Assembly: GCA_035528715.1 (NCBI GenBank)
Contig: DATKYB010000130.1
Coordinates: 1-52,048 of the forward strand
Reading direction: 5' to 3'
Source: Nitrospinota bacterium
GTDB lineage: Bacteria; JADFOP01; DATKYB01
Length of the DNA stretch: 52,048 bases
Shown here: positions 40,291-50,693 of the stretch, one piece after another
How positions within the stretch are numbered: position 1 is the stretch's first letter
Layout of the letters: each line of letters starts with the position of its first letter
Position numbers and translations under genes: made by a program
The notes under the pieces: model-generated
Databases searched by the model: none
The model's input: the letters and a program-made list of their open reading frames with translations, nothing else
Told to the model about the DNA's origin: nothing

Positions 40291-40638
40291 TTAACCTGGA
40301 GGCCAGCCCATTTCTCTTCCGCCAAGAAGATGAAAATGTATATGCAATACAGATTGCCCTGCTCCTCGATTACAATTTGTAACTACCCTGAACCCATCTT
40401 TATCAATACCATTTTCTTTTGCCATACTATTTGCAACCATAAATACCGAACCAATAAGATCTTTTTCTACCTCTTTGACCTCTAGTATTGTTGATATATG
40501 CTTCTTGGGGATGATTAATAAATGAACAGGTGATTGGGGGTTTATATCCTTGATAACAAAAAGGTCATCATCTTCATATACCTTATCAACAGGTATTTCT
40601 CCAGATTCTATTTTGCAAAAAAGACAATCTTTTTCCAA
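40291..40638 (-). CDS. HIT-family (histidine triad) nucleotide hydrolase/transferase
   Basis: The 115-aa ORF has CLFCKI at the N-terminus and the histidine triad HIHFHLLGG. Its TTG start lies 2 nt after the stop of the upstream gene. Confidence 0.9.
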   Translation of the reverse strand: MEKDCLFCKIESGEIPVDKVYEDDDLFVIKDINPQSPVHLLIIPKKHISTILEVKEVEKDLIGSVFMVANSMAKENGIDKDGFRVVTNCNRGAGQSVLHIHFHLLGGREMGWPPG

Positions 40639-40640
40639 CT

Positions 40641-40916
40641 TTAGTCCCCTTCTCCTTTGTAATTATTGATTAATTCTCTTATTTTAGGAGGTATATAGAT
40701 ATGATCTAAATCAAACTTTGTAAGCTCATTAAGTATGATATCAATCTTATCCTTTAGTCTTAATGACTTATCAACAAATATTACCATATTATTTCTAACC
40801 CTACAAAGGCTGCTTTTTATCTTATAGTCATCTTTTTTGAATTCGTCGTACTGAATCTTTACATTTAAAGAATCAGCTATTTTTTCTAAATTTTGGAGAA
40901 TATATTCATTATTCAT
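40641..40916 (-). CDS. Hypothetical protein (about 91 aa), no recognisable family
   Basis: The ORF is wedged between the GGDEF and HIT genes. Its ATG at 40916 overlaps the GGDEF gene's TGA (TGATG), and the ORF-track TTG start is at 40919. Confidence 0.55.
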   Translation of the reverse strand: MNNEYILQNLEKIADSLNVKIQYDEFKKDDYKIKSSLCRVRNNMVIFVDKSLRLKDKIDIILNELTKFDLDHIYIPPKIRELINNYKGEGD

Positions 40917-41815
40917 CAACTCTCCACATTGAGAACGGCTTTATCCCTTCCCTTTCTTTTTGCTGAATATAAAGCATTATCAGCTAATTGTATAAGGTCA
41001 GAATAGCTTTTAACTTTACTTTGTGGGAAACTAGAAACACCAATGCTTATTGTGATCTTTATTATTTTATTATGATTTACTTCAAATTCATTAGACTTAA
41101 TAACTCTTCTTAGTCTTTCGCTAAATTTATATGCTGATTCAGAATCTGTCTGAGGTAAAATGATTATAAACTCCTCACCTCCATACCTTCCTACAATATC
41201 TATATTTCTTGAATTGATTTTGAGAATATCACTAAGCTGCAAGAGGACTTCATCTCCTCTTTGATGTCCATAATTATCATTTACATTTTTGAAGTGATCA
41301 ATATCTATCATGACACATGAAAGATTATTTTTATAACGAACTGCCTTTTCGAATTCTTCTTCAAAGCGTGATAGAAAATAATTCCGATTATAAAGTTTAG
41401 TAAGACTATCAGTAGTAGCCAATCCTAAAAGTTCTTTTTCCAATTTCCTCTTTTCCAGGCCTCGTTTAATAGTCAATTTAAGATCATTGTCTTGACAGGG
41501 TTTTATTAAATAATCATATGCACCACCTCTTAGCGCATAAACGGCTGAATCGAGTGATTCATACCCTGTTATAACAATGACCGGTGTATCTGGCGATATT
41601 TTCTTTACCTCTTCCAATATATCTAATCCGTTAATACCCTCCATCTTAAGATCGGTGAGAACAATATCAAAACTTTGTTGACTAATTAAGTCTAGTGCTT
41701 TTTGGCCGTTATTAACAGGATAAATTTTATATCCATCTTGTTTTAGAATTGTTTCAAAACCTCTAAGTACCAAAGGATCATCTTCTACTATTAATATGTT
41801 TGTAGTTTGTTTCAT
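40916..41815 (-). CDS. Response-regulator diguanylate cyclase (REC-GGDEF)
   Basis: The 299-aa ORF has a REC domain (ILIVEDD ... DIVLTDLKM ... GAYDYLIKP) and a GGDEF domain with a GGEEF active site. An RNID (RxxD) I-site lies 5 residues upstream of GGEEF. Confidence 0.92.
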   Translation of the reverse strand: MKQTTNILIVEDDPLVLRGFETILKQDGYKIYPVNNGQKALDLISQQSFDIVLTDLKMEGINGLDILEEVKKISPDTPVIVITGYESLDSAVYALRGGAYDYLIKPCQDNDLKLTIKRGLEKRKLEKELLGLATTDSLTKLYNRNYFLSRFEEEFEKAVRYKNNLSCVMIDIDHFKNVNDNYGHQRGDEVLLQLSDILKINSRNIDIVGRYGGEEFIIILPQTDSESAYKFSERLRRVIKSNEFEVNHNKIIKITISIGVSSFPQSKVKSYSDLIQLADNALYSAKRKGRDKAVLNVES

Positions 41816-41947
41816 TTTTTAATTTTTTATTAAATAAATATTCTTTGAATATAGAATGTCAGCATTATTTATAGTTTTATCGTCTCTTTTTTACTCTTAG
41901 TTTAGGTCTAAATGAAATATATTTTTAATTTTTTTCTCTTTATTTAT

Positions 41948-41974
41948 TAAAGTATTTATAGAATATCCCGATAT
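41948..41974 (+). promoter_or_regulatory. Sigma-28-like promoter upstream of flgM
   Basis: The sequence is TAAAGTAT-11 nt-CCCGATAT. The -35 half matches the consensus well and the -10 half matches 6 of 8. It ends 56 nt upstream of the flgM ATG. Confidence 0.5.
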
Positions 41975-42030
41975 GTGAATAGATAAATTTATTTATTATT
42001 ATTAAAATTTCCATCTAAAGGTAATAGAGG

Positions 42031-42327
42031 ATGAAGATAGATTCTTTTGGAACCAATAAAATTAATAATATTCCCTTACCCCTTGATAATATTAAGAAGA
42101 AGACTTGTATACCTATAAACAATAAAGTTTCAAACGATAAAATAAATATTTCCAAAAAAGGAAAAGAGATAGTAAAGACTTTTCAAATAATCAAATCACT
42201 CCCTGAAACCAGGGAAAACAAGATAGATTCCTTAAAAACAGAAATAAAAAATAATAATTATATTATTGATGCTCAGAAGATTGCTGATAAAATGATTAAG
42301 AACAGTCTTGATGAATCGATTATATAA
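42031..42327 (+). CDS. flgM: Anti-sigma-28 factor FlgM
   Basis: The 98-aa ORF has a C-terminal pattern DKINISKKG...RENKIDSLKTEIKNNNYIIDAQKIADKMI, typical of the FlgM sigma-28-binding region. Confidence 0.78.
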   Translation: MKIDSFGTNKINNIPLPLDNIKKKTCIPINNKVSNDKINISKKGKEIVKTFQIIKSLPETRENKIDSLKTEIKNNNYIIDAQKIADKMIKNSLDESII

Positions 42328-42364
42328 TTTTAAAAAACTTTACTAAATCTTTTGTTGTTTTATC

Positions 42365-44470
42365 TTAATTCTTCTTACTATCAGATATCTTCTTTTCACC
42401 CAAGGCCTCTTTGCGGCTTAATCTAATTCTTCCCTGTTTGTCTATATCAAGGACTTTTACCAATATTTCTTCACCTTCACGAAGTTCATCTGATACATTT
42501 TTAACATGATGGTCTGATATTTGTGAAATATGAACGAGCCCATCCGATCCAGGAAAAATTTCAACGATGGCTCCAAAATCCATTATTTTTTTAACTGTTC
42601 CTAGATATATCTTTCCAATCTCAGCCTCCCGGGTAATCTCTTCTATCATCTTAATTGCTTTTTCCATGGATTCCTTATCTGATGAAATGATTGATATTTC
42701 TCCACTATCATCTACTTCAAGATTTGCTCCTGTTTTGTCAATAATGTTTCTAATAGTTTTTCCTCCAGGACCTATGAGTAAGCCGATCTTTTCACTATTA
42801 ATTTTAATATTCATAATTTTTGGCGCATAACTAGAAATCTGAGATCTTGGGCTTGAGATTACTTCTTTCATCTTTTCTAAGATATTGAGCCTCCCTTCCC
42901 TTGCCTGCTCCAGTGCCAGTTTCATAATTTCTTTATCGACACCCTTTATCTTTATGTCCATTTGAATAGCAGTAACTCCTTTTTCAGTTCCTGCAACTTT
43001 AAAATCCATATCTCCAACATGATCCTCAATTCCTAATATATCAGAAAGGATAACCGTCTCCTCATCATTTTTTATTAACCCCATTGCTATTCCACCCACA
43101 GCCGAAGAGATTGGAGCGCCTGCGTCCATAAGAGCAAGACTCCCTCCACAGACTGTTGCCATGGAAGAAGAACCATTAGATTCGAGTATATCAGATACCA
43201 ACCTTATGGTATAAGGAAAGGCCTCATTCTTTGGCAATACTGCTGATAGGGCTCTTTCGGCTAAGGCTCCATGTCCAATTTCTCTCCGTCCCGGGCCACT
43301 AAGAAACCTGGTTTCACCGACACTAAAAGGGGGAAAATTATAATGGAGCATAAAAGCTTTAGAAGATTTTCCTTCGAAATCGTCTAGCCTTTGTTCATCC
43401 ATTGATGTTCCAAGGGTAGCACTAACCAGTGCTTGGGTTTCTCCCCTCGTGAACAAAGCAGAGCCATGGGTCCTTGGCAGAATTCCAATTTTAGCTGATA
43501 CAGGACGAATATCTTTAGTTTTCCTTCCATCCGGTCTAATTTTTTTACTAATAATTAGATTTCTTATCTCCCTTTTTTCTAATTCTTCAAAAATATTTTT
43601 GATATCTCTTTCTTTCTCTTCATCATCATCTCCAAAAGAGTCCATAAGATGATTTAACATCTCTTCCCTCTTTTTATTTCTTGCCATTTTAGATGTTTGG
43701 ATCAATGATTCTCTCAATTTATCTATGATATTTTCTTCAATCTTCTTACTTAATTCTAAATCTATTTGAGGTTCTTCTATCTTCATCTTTTCGACACCAA
43801 CTTTTTCTACCATTTCAATCTGAAGCTCAACGATATCTTTAATGACGTCATGTCCAAAAAATATTGCGTCTAAAAAAACATTTTCTGAAATTTGTTTTCC
43901 TCCTCCTTCTACCATTAAAATACCTTCCTTAGCTCCAGCCACAACGAGATTTATATCGCTTCTGTCTAATTCTTTATAAGTTGGATTGATAATAAAATTA
44001 TTATCTATTAATCCAATTCTTACTGCTCCAATAGGTCCTTGAAATGGTATTTTTGACATTGATAAAGAGGCTGATGCCCCAATAATTGACAATATATCAG
44101 GATCATTTTCTTGATCGACTGATAGAACTATGCCGATTATTTGTATCTCATTATTAAAATATTTTGGGAAAAGGGGTCTTAAGGGCCTATCCATGAGCCT
44201 AGAGGTCAAAATCTCTTTTTCACCCGGTCTCCCTTCTCTTTTGAAAAAACCACCTGGAAATTTACCGGCTGCGTAAGCCTTTTGTCTATAATCAACAGTT
44301 AATGGTAGAAAATCATATTCATTCTTAACTTCCTTTGATACAACTGCCGTCACTAATACCACTGTATCTCCGTAGGTTACTAACACCGAACCGTCGGCCT
44401 GTTTAGCTAGTTCCCCTGTCTCAATCGATAGAGCCTTTCCTCTAATATCTTTTTTTACTTTGTATGCCAT
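42365..44470 (-). CDS. pnp: Polyribonucleotide nucleotidyltransferase (PNPase)
   Basis: The 701-aa ORF has two RNase PH domains plus KH and S1 (GKIYLGTVKKIMDFGAIVEI) domains. It follows rpsO. Confidence 0.97.
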   Translation of the reverse strand: MAYKVKKDIRGKALSIETGELAKQADGSVLVTYGDTVVLVTAVVSKEVKNEYDFLPLTVDYRQKAYAAGKFPGGFFKREGRPGEKEILTSRLMDRPLRPLFPKYFNNEIQIIGIVLSVDQENDPDILSIIGASASLSMSKIPFQGPIGAVRIGLIDNNFIINPTYKELDRSDINLVVAGAKEGILMVEGGGKQISENVFLDAIFFGHDVIKDIVELQIEMVEKVGVEKMKIEEPQIDLELSKKIEENIIDKLRESLIQTSKMARNKKREEMLNHLMDSFGDDDEEKERDIKNIFEELEKREIRNLIISKKIRPDGRKTKDIRPVSAKIGILPRTHGSALFTRGETQALVSATLGTSMDEQRLDDFEGKSSKAFMLHYNFPPFSVGETRFLSGPGRREIGHGALAERALSAVLPKNEAFPYTIRLVSDILESNGSSSMATVCGGSLALMDAGAPISSAVGGIAMGLIKNDEETVILSDILGIEDHVGDMDFKVAGTEKGVTAIQMDIKIKGVDKEIMKLALEQAREGRLNILEKMKEVISSPRSQISSYAPKIMNIKINSEKIGLLIGPGGKTIRNIIDKTGANLEVDDSGEISIISSDKESMEKAIKMIEEITREAEIGKIYLGTVKKIMDFGAIVEIFPGSDGLVHISQISDHHVKNVSDELREGEEILVKVLDIDKQGRIRLSRKEALGEKKISDSKKN

Positions 44471-44499
44471 CTTATTTACCTCTCCGATTTATAAAACAA

Positions 44500-44769
44500 T
44501 TATCTTCTAATACCTAGACGCTTTATTACGTCATGATATCTTTTCATATCTTTTTCTTTAAGGTAGTTTAATAATTTTCTTCTTTTATTAACAAGTTTCA
44601 ATAATCCTCTTCTTGAGTGGTGATCCTTTTTGTGATGCTTAAAATGCTCTGTAAGATAACTTATTCTTTTGCTGAGTATTGCTATTTGAACCTCTGCAGA
44701 ACCTGTATCTTTTTCATGAAAGTGAAACTCATTAATAATGGACTCTTTATCACTCTTTGTTAAAACCAT
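44500..44769 (-). CDS. rpsO: 30S ribosomal protein S15
   Basis: The 89-aa ORF has [35 protein letters not shown]. Confidence 0.97.
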   Translation of the reverse strand: MVLTKSDKESIINEFHFHEKDTGSAEVQIAILSKRISYLTEHFKHHKKDHHSRRGLLKLVNKRRKLLNYLKEKDMKRYHDVIKRLGIRR

Positions 44770-44797
44770 ATATTCTTCCTCCTCTTTTCTATATTAT

Positions 44798-45727
44798 CTA
44801 TATTAAGATCTTTTTTGGTCTCAATACTACGTCTTCATCATCTAATCCTAATAAATCTTTTCTGGCAATAAGAGTTTTACCTAAAGCTAACAATTTACCT
44901 TTAAAGTTTTTTATAAGCACATTATCATCGGATAAAAAATCCTTTGATATATCATTAATGCTCTTTTTCCAGAGAGGCATTCCATTCAATAATGTTTTTT
45001 CCTCTCCTTCTTTAATAAATATAGTCGGCATAAAATTCAATACATCATCAATAGGAATGACCACGTCTTTTAGTTTATTACATTCTTTTAATTCATGCAA
45101 TCTTGAAATAGTTATTGCGTTGGAAATGTCAAAAATTCCTACACTTGTTCTTTGAAGTTCTACCATATGAGCTCCGCAGCCTAAACTCTCTCCAATATCA
45201 TTAAAGAGAGTTCTGATATATGTCCCTTTAGAACATCTTATTTTTAATGTAACTAATTCATTTTTTTTATCTATTAAATTCAAAGCATAGATTTTGACTT
45301 TTTTTGGATTAACCTGAACGTTTAGACCTTTTCTTGCTAATTGGTAAAGCCTTTTTCCTTTATATTTAGCAGCAGAGTACATGGGAGGAGTCTGATAAAT
45401 TTCACCTTTGAATTTTTTTAATACACTCATTAACTTCTCTTTTGAGACTTTAGTATCGGGGCTTTCTGATAATATCTTTCCCGAGGCATCTTGAGTATCA
45501 GTCTTAGTTCCTAATTTCATAACTCCAATATAAATTTTTTCAAAATCAGAAATTAACTCAACTATCTTAGTAGCCTTACCAATACATATGGGCAATAAAC
45601 CACTTGCCTCAGGATCAAGGGTTCCTATATGTCCTATTTTTTTAACATTTAATATACGTCCAATATGACTAACGATACTATAAGAAGTTGGCCCCTTTGG
45701 TTTATTAAAATTAATAATTCCGTTCAT
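44798..45727 (-). CDS. truB: tRNA pseudouridine-55 synthase
   Basis: The 309-aa ORF has the catalytic-Asp motif GHIGTLDPEASGLL. It overlaps the rbfA stop by 4 nt. Confidence 0.95.
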   Translation of the reverse strand: MNGIINFNKPKGPTSYSIVSHIGRILNVKKIGHIGTLDPEASGLLPICIGKATKIVELISDFEKIYIGVMKLGTKTDTQDASGKILSESPDTKVSKEKLMSVLKKFKGEIYQTPPMYSAAKYKGKRLYQLARKGLNVQVNPKKVKIYALNLIDKKNELVTLKIRCSKGTYIRTLFNDIGESLGCGAHMVELQRTSVGIFDISNAITISRLHELKECNKLKDVVIPIDDVLNFMPTIFIKEGEEKTLLNGMPLWKKSINDISKDFLSDDNVLIKNFKGKLLALGKTLIARKDLLGLDDEDVVLRPKKILI

Positions 45728-46077
45728 TTATCTTTACTTTTTATCTCTTCCAATTTCTTAGATATATTCGCTGCATGTTCAATTGAGTCATCTATTTTAA
45801 ATATCAATTCAGGGATATGTTTTAACCTTAATCTTCTACCTAGCTCTCCACGAATGAATCCAGAAGCACTTACAAGTCCCCGTAAAGTTTGAATTTTATC
45901 AGTTTCTCTCCCTAGGATACTTACAAAAACCTTTGCATAACGAAGATCCTTAGTAACCTCTATTTTTGTTAGTGTTGAAAATCCTATTCTAGGGTCTTTA
46001 ATATCTCTCAGTAACAACTGAGAAATTTCTTTCAGGAGTAATCCGCTCACTCTCTCTGTTCTTTTTGAATAGGGCAT
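45724..46077 (-). CDS. rbfA: Ribosome-binding factor A
   Basis: From the internal ATG the ORF reads MPYSKRTERVSGLLLKEISQLLLRDIKDPRIG, matching the RbfA N-terminus. The 14-codon extension would overlap the DUF503 gene. Confidence 0.9.
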   Translation of the reverse strand: MPYSKRTERVSGLLLKEISQLLLRDIKDPRIGFSTLTKIEVTKDLRYAKVFVSILGRETDKIQTLRGLVSASGFIRGELGRRLRLKHIPELIFKIDDSIEHAANISKKLEEIKSKDK

Positions 46078-46093
46078 ATTTATTATAAGATAA

Positions 46094-46375
46094 TTATAAG
46101 ATTTGGATTTCGTAATCAATCAGTTCTGCAAGACAGAGGTTTTCTATAAAGCTGACTATGTTGACTAATATGCTGTCTGCATGTTTTTTATCATTGCTAA
46201 TCGTAGCAATACCGATATTTATTTTCTGCCATTTGTCATGATCTTCGATTTCTGCGATAGAAACATTAAATTTATTTTTCACTCTTGCAACAATACTTTT
46301 AACTACCTTCCGTTTTCCCTTTAAAGAAGAGTTTTCAGGTAAGTGCAAAACTAGTCTACAGACACCAATAAACAT
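46094..46375 (-). CDS. DUF503-family protein
   Basis: The 93-aa ORF has an LHLPENSSLKGKRKV motif. Its position between infB and rbfA is conserved. Confidence 0.8.
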   Translation of the reverse strand: MFIGVCRLVLHLPENSSLKGKRKVVKSIVARVKNKFNVSIAEIEDHDKWQKINIGIATISNDKKHADSILVNIVSFIENLCLAELIDYEIQIL

Positions 46376-46392
46376 TTTTTTAACAAAAAAAC

Positions 46393-48390
46393 TTATTTTA
46401 CTTTCTCATAAAAGAAAGTTTCGATTATATCCCCAACTTTTATATCTTGAAAATTTTCTATACCGATTCCACATTCATAGCCGCTTTGAACCTCATTTGC
46501 ATCCTCTTTGAATCTTCTAAGAGATTCGATTCTTCCTTGATAGATTATAACATTATCTCTTAATAGCCTTGTCTCTGAACCTCTTTTAATTATTCCTTGA
46601 GTAACATGGGATCCGGCTATAGGTCCAATTTTTGGTATGTTAAAGACCTCTCTAATTTCTGCTCTTCCGAGCATTCTTTCTTTGAATTTTGGTTCTAATA
46701 ATCCTTTTATAGCCGCCTTTACATCATTGATAGCATCATAGATTACAGTATAGATCCTCATATCTAATTTTTCTTTTTCTAAAAATTCTGATGCCTTTGG
46801 AGTTGGTCTTACATTAAACCCAATAATAATAGCATTAGAGGCAGATGACAACATTACATCTGATTCTGTAATGCCTCCAACAGCTCCATGAACGATTTTC
46901 AGTATAATATCTTTTGTACTAAGTTTTTCCAATGAGTCTTTAAGGGCCTGAACCGATCCGTGGGTATCTCCTTTAATCAATATATTTAATTCTTTTATGT
47001 CCCCTTTTTGGATTTGTGTATAGAGATCATCTAGAGTAACTTTAGAAGTTTTGGCTAATCCTTCTTCACGTTGTTTTGTCTGTCTTAGAATACCTATTTG
47101 TCGTGCCTTTCTCTCATCTGACACAACCACAAAAGAATCTCCAGCTAATGGTACTCCTGACAGACCAAGAACTTCAACAGGGGTTGATGGTCCAGCCTCC
47201 TTTATCTTTTTTCCTCTATCGTTAATAAGGGCTCTTACCTTTCCATAATTTAGACCTGCTATAAAAGATTGTCCCTCTTTAAGGGTTCCGTTCTGGATTA
47301 AGACAGTAGCAACAGGTCCCCTTCCCTTGTCTAGCTTTGACTCGATAACAATACCCTTAGCTAGTCTTTTTGGATTTGCTCTTAATTCTAAAACCTCTGC
47401 CTGCAAAAGTATCATCTCTAATAGATTTTCAATACCTGTTCTTTTTTTCGCAGAGGTCTCTACAAATATTGTTTGTCCTCCCCACTCCTCAGGAACCAGA
47501 TTAAATTTCATCAAATCTTTTTTTACTTTTTCAATATTGGCGTTGGGTTTATCTATCTTATTTATTGCAACAATAATAGGGACTTGAGCTGCTTCAGCAT
47601 GGTTAATCGCTTCTTCTGTCTGAGGCATGACACCATCGTCTGCAGCAACTACAAGTACAACTATATCTGTAACTTGAGCCCCTCTTGCTCTCATTGAGGT
47701 AAAAGCCTCATGTCCAGGTGTATCTAAAAATACAATTTCTCCTTTTTCAATCTCAACCTTATAGGCCCCAATTTGCTGTGTTATACCACCTGCTTCTTTA
47801 CCTATAACATTAGTCTTTCTAATTACATCTAATAAAAGGGTTTTACCGTGGTCTACATGTCCCATAATAGTGACTACTGGAGGCCGAGGAATAAGCAAAG
47901 AAGGGTCTTCTTTTTCTTCCTGAAAAGTTTCTTCTCGTTCAATTGAATAAATCTCAGCCTCAAATCCAAAATTTTTTGCAATTACCCTTACTGCTTCAAT
48001 ATCAATAACCTGATTAATGGTTGCTATTATTCCCATTGCCATTAATTTTTTTATTATTTCGTTTGGCTGAACATTTAATTTTTCCGCTATCTCCTTTACA
48101 GTAATTGCCTCGCTCAATTGAATCTTTTTTAATCTTTTTTCCTGAGTAGATGTCGGAATTTCTTCTTTTTCTTTTATTTGATGAGTAACATCTTTCTTTT
48201 TTAATTTCTCTTCCTTCTTTTTTACCTTTCTTGATTCAGATAAGACCTCGAGAATTAAATCAGAAGTCTCTTTATCAATGGTGCTCATGTGACTCTTTAC
48301 TTCTATTCCCTCTTTTTTGAGTTCTTCAATGAGCAGTTTACTATCTTTTTTTAATTTCTTAGCCAATTCATAAACTCTAATTTTACTCAT
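46393..48390 (-). CDS. infB: Translation initiation factor IF-2 (short N-terminal region)
   Basis: The 665-aa ORF has [16 protein letters not shown] and NKID motifs and begins [13 protein letters not shown]. Confidence 0.97.
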   Translation of the reverse strand: MSKIRVYELAKKLKKDSKLLIEELKKEGIEVKSHMSTIDKETSDLILEVLSESRKVKKKEEKLKKKDVTHQIKEKEEIPTSTQEKRLKKIQLSEAITVKEIAEKLNVQPNEIIKKLMAMGIIATINQVIDIEAVRVIAKNFGFEAEIYSIEREETFQEEKEDPSLLIPRPPVVTIMGHVDHGKTLLLDVIRKTNVIGKEAGGITQQIGAYKVEIEKGEIVFLDTPGHEAFTSMRARGAQVTDIVVLVVAADDGVMPQTEEAINHAEAAQVPIIVAINKIDKPNANIEKVKKDLMKFNLVPEEWGGQTIFVETSAKKRTGIENLLEMILLQAEVLELRANPKRLAKGIVIESKLDKGRGPVATVLIQNGTLKEGQSFIAGLNYGKVRALINDRGKKIKEAGPSTPVEVLGLSGVPLAGDSFVVVSDERKARQIGILRQTKQREEGLAKTSKVTLDDLYTQIQKGDIKELNILIKGDTHGSVQALKDSLEKLSTKDIILKIVHGAVGGITESDVMLSSASNAIIIGFNVRPTPKASEFLEKEKLDMRIYTVIYDAINDVKAAIKGLLEPKFKERMLGRAEIREVFNIPKIGPIAGSHVTQGIIKRGSETRLLRDNVIIYQGRIESLRRFKEDANEVQSGYECGIGIENFQDIKVGDIIETFFYEKVK

Positions 48391-48520
48391 AAATTATCCT
48401 TCTTCTATTCTAAAGTAGTCTATTGAAAAATAATTAAAGTTCGCATGTATTACTTTTGTTTATTTTGAATTAATATGTTCCTTTCCCAAAACTTTTCATT
48501 TTGGATATCATTTTTGTAAC

Positions 48521-48778
48521 TTATTCTTTTATACTTTCAAAGAAATCTCTTTTATTTGGTTTTAATACTTCATCTTTAAAAACCTTGTCTAAAAATCTAT
48601 TTTTTAAAGCTAACTCGATACAATTTGTATTTGGACATATATATGCACCCCTCCCCGGTAGTTTCTTATCTACATCGATTTTAATATTTCTATCCGGGGT
48701 CTTAACAATCCTAATTAAATTTGATTTATCTGAAGTTTTTTTACATCCTATACAAGTTCTTTGAAACTTTTTCTTCAT
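48521..48778 (-). CDS. ylxR: YlxR-family (DUF448) RNA-binding protein
   Basis: The 85-aa ORF has RTCIGCKK ... LPGRGAYIC motifs and lies between nusA and infB. Confidence 0.88.
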   Translation of the reverse strand: MKKKFQRTCIGCKKTSDKSNLIRIVKTPDRNIKIDVDKKLPGRGAYICPNTNCIELALKNRFLDKVFKDEVLKPNKRDFFESIKE

Positions 48779-48796
48779 AAGATTAAAGATCTCAAA

Positions 48797-50071
48797 CTAT
48801 GGGATAATTTTACTATTATCATCTTCTTTACTTAAATAGTTTTCTGCTAGTGACTTGATTCTTTCAGCAGTTTTTCCCCCTATTCCTTTTATAGACATAA
48901 AGGTTTTTATATCAGCTTTTAAAATATCGTTGATTGTCTCAAAACCATTATTTAATAATAATTCTGTTGTTTTCTTCCCAAGACCGGTAAGTGATTGAGC
49001 AATAGATATGGTACCTTCAATATTTTCCTGCTCACTTTTATATTGACTTTCACTTTTAATATCTATTTTCCAGTGGATCAACCTGGCTGCCAATCTAACA
49101 TTCTGACCTTTCTTACCAATTGCAAGAGAAAGCTGGTCATCATTGACAATAACTTCCATAGATTTATCTTCTTTATTTAGTTTTACCAAAGAGATTTTAG
49201 CAGGACTTAATGCATTAATAGCAAAAGTCTCTGGGTCTTCTGACCATTTAACAATATCGATCTTCTCGCCTCTTAGCTCTTGAACAATAGACTGGACCCT
49301 CGAACCCCTTATACCCACACAGGCTCCAACAGGGTCTACATCCTTATTTTTAGAAAAGACTGCAATCTTTGATCTGCCTGTGGGTTCCCTTACCGCTTCT
49401 TTTATTTCAATAATTCCTTCGTCGATTTCCGGAACCTCAAGTTCAAATAGTTTAAACAAAAATACTGGATGAGTTCTCGACAAGAATATCTGTGGTCCTT
49501 TAGAAGTCTTCTTTACATCAATAATATATGCTTTTATTCTCTCACCCCTCCTAAAGGATTCTCTAAAGCTTTGTTCTCTTCTAGGTATGATAGCTTCAGC
49601 CTTTCCAAGATCTATAAAAATATTCCCCTTTTCTTCTCTTTGTACAATGCCATTAGCTAACTCTCCTTGCCGTCCATTAAATTCATTAAAGATGAGATCC
49701 CTTTCAGCCTCTCTAACCTTTTGTACGATTATCTGTTTTGCTGTCTGTGCTGCAATTCTTCCAAAATCTTCTATTTCAAAAGGAATTTCAATCTTGTCAC
49801 CTAAGCTGGCCTTAGGGTCAATTTTAATAGCATCCTCCAATAATATCTCATTATCTTTATCTTTGATATCTTTGACAATCTCTTTACAAGAAAAAAGTTT
49901 GATTTTTCCTGTTTTATCATCAAAATCAGCCTGCAGGTCATTTATATTATAACCAAAGCGTTTTTTTGATGCAGAGAGCATCGCTGTCTTAACAGCCTCA
50001 ATTAAAATCTCTTTATCTATGCCCTTCTCTCTTCCTATCTGTTCAATAACATGGATTAAATCATGATTCAT
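48797..50071 (-). CDS. nusA: Transcription termination/antitermination factor NusA
   Basis: The 424-aa ORF has an N-terminal domain, S1, two KH domains (CVGIRGSRVQ, AIGKKGQNVRLA) and a C-terminal HhH region. Confidence 0.97.
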   Translation of the reverse strand: MNHDLIHVIEQIGREKGIDKEILIEAVKTAMLSASKKRFGYNINDLQADFDDKTGKIKLFSCKEIVKDIKDKDNEILLEDAIKIDPKASLGDKIEIPFEIEDFGRIAAQTAKQIIVQKVREAERDLIFNEFNGRQGELANGIVQREEKGNIFIDLGKAEAIIPRREQSFRESFRRGERIKAYIIDVKKTSKGPQIFLSRTHPVFLFKLFELEVPEIDEGIIEIKEAVREPTGRSKIAVFSKNKDVDPVGACVGIRGSRVQSIVQELRGEKIDIVKWSEDPETFAINALSPAKISLVKLNKEDKSMEVIVNDDQLSLAIGKKGQNVRLAARLIHWKIDIKSESQYKSEQENIEGTISIAQSLTGLGKKTTELLLNNGFETINDILKADIKTFMSIKGIGGKTAERIKSLAENYLSKEDDNSKIIP

Positions 50072-50083
50072 GAAAAACTTCTC

Positions 50084-50551
50084 CTAAAATTCTATCTCTA
50101 ATCTGGCATTAGATATCTGGTTATACGGTATATTTATTATTCCATCGTTTTTTATCTTTAAAGTGAGAATATCATTTTTGAAATCGATAATCTTACCTAT
50201 AAAGTTTTTTTTGTTATTGTAAGAATTAATGGTGTTTAACTTAACTATTCTTCCTTTGTATCTAATATAATCTTCATTTTTCTTCAAAGGTCTATCAAGC
50301 CCAGGGGAAGAAACTTCTAATATATAGCGCCTATCAATAAGATCTTCAACATCCAAAATAGCCCCTACCTGGGTGCTAATATTTTGACAATCATCAAGAG
50401 TTACTCCTCCATCTTTCTTATCGATAAATATTCTCAGAAAAAAATTTTTACCACCTTTTGAAAATTGTAAGTCTACTAGTTCAAAACCTTCTTCATGAAT
50501 TATAGGAGCGATAATTTTTCTTATCCTGAAAATTAAATTATCTTTATTCAT
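50084..50551 (-). CDS. rimP: Ribosome maturation factor RimP
   Basis: The 155-aa ORF has an LEVSSPGLDRPLK motif and lies upstream of nusA. Confidence 0.93.
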   Translation of the reverse strand: MNKDNLIFRIRKIIAPIIHEEGFELVDLQFSKGGKNFFLRIFIDKKDGGVTLDDCQNISTQVGAILDVEDLIDRRYILEVSSPGLDRPLKKNEDYIRYKGRIVKLNTINSYNNKKNFIGKIIDFKNDILTLKIKNDGIINIPYNQISNARLEIEF

Positions 50552-50604
50552 AATGTCTATTTTTTACTATTAACCTATATTTTCATCAAAAATGAGTTAA
50601 AATT

Positions 50605-50634
50605 AAAAAAGTGGGTTTTAGGACCCACTTTTTT
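50605..50634 (-). terminator. Rho-independent terminator after ispG (symmetrical A/T flanks)
   Basis: AAAAAAGTGGGT-TTTAGG-ACCCACTTTTTT forms a perfect 12-bp stem including the A/T extension. It lies between the ispG stop and the rimP start. Confidence 0.8.
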
Positions 50635-50693
50635 AGTAGACCTTTTAATTTATAAAAAAGTTATCATACAAAAAAAAAGATTGCAAGAAAAAA

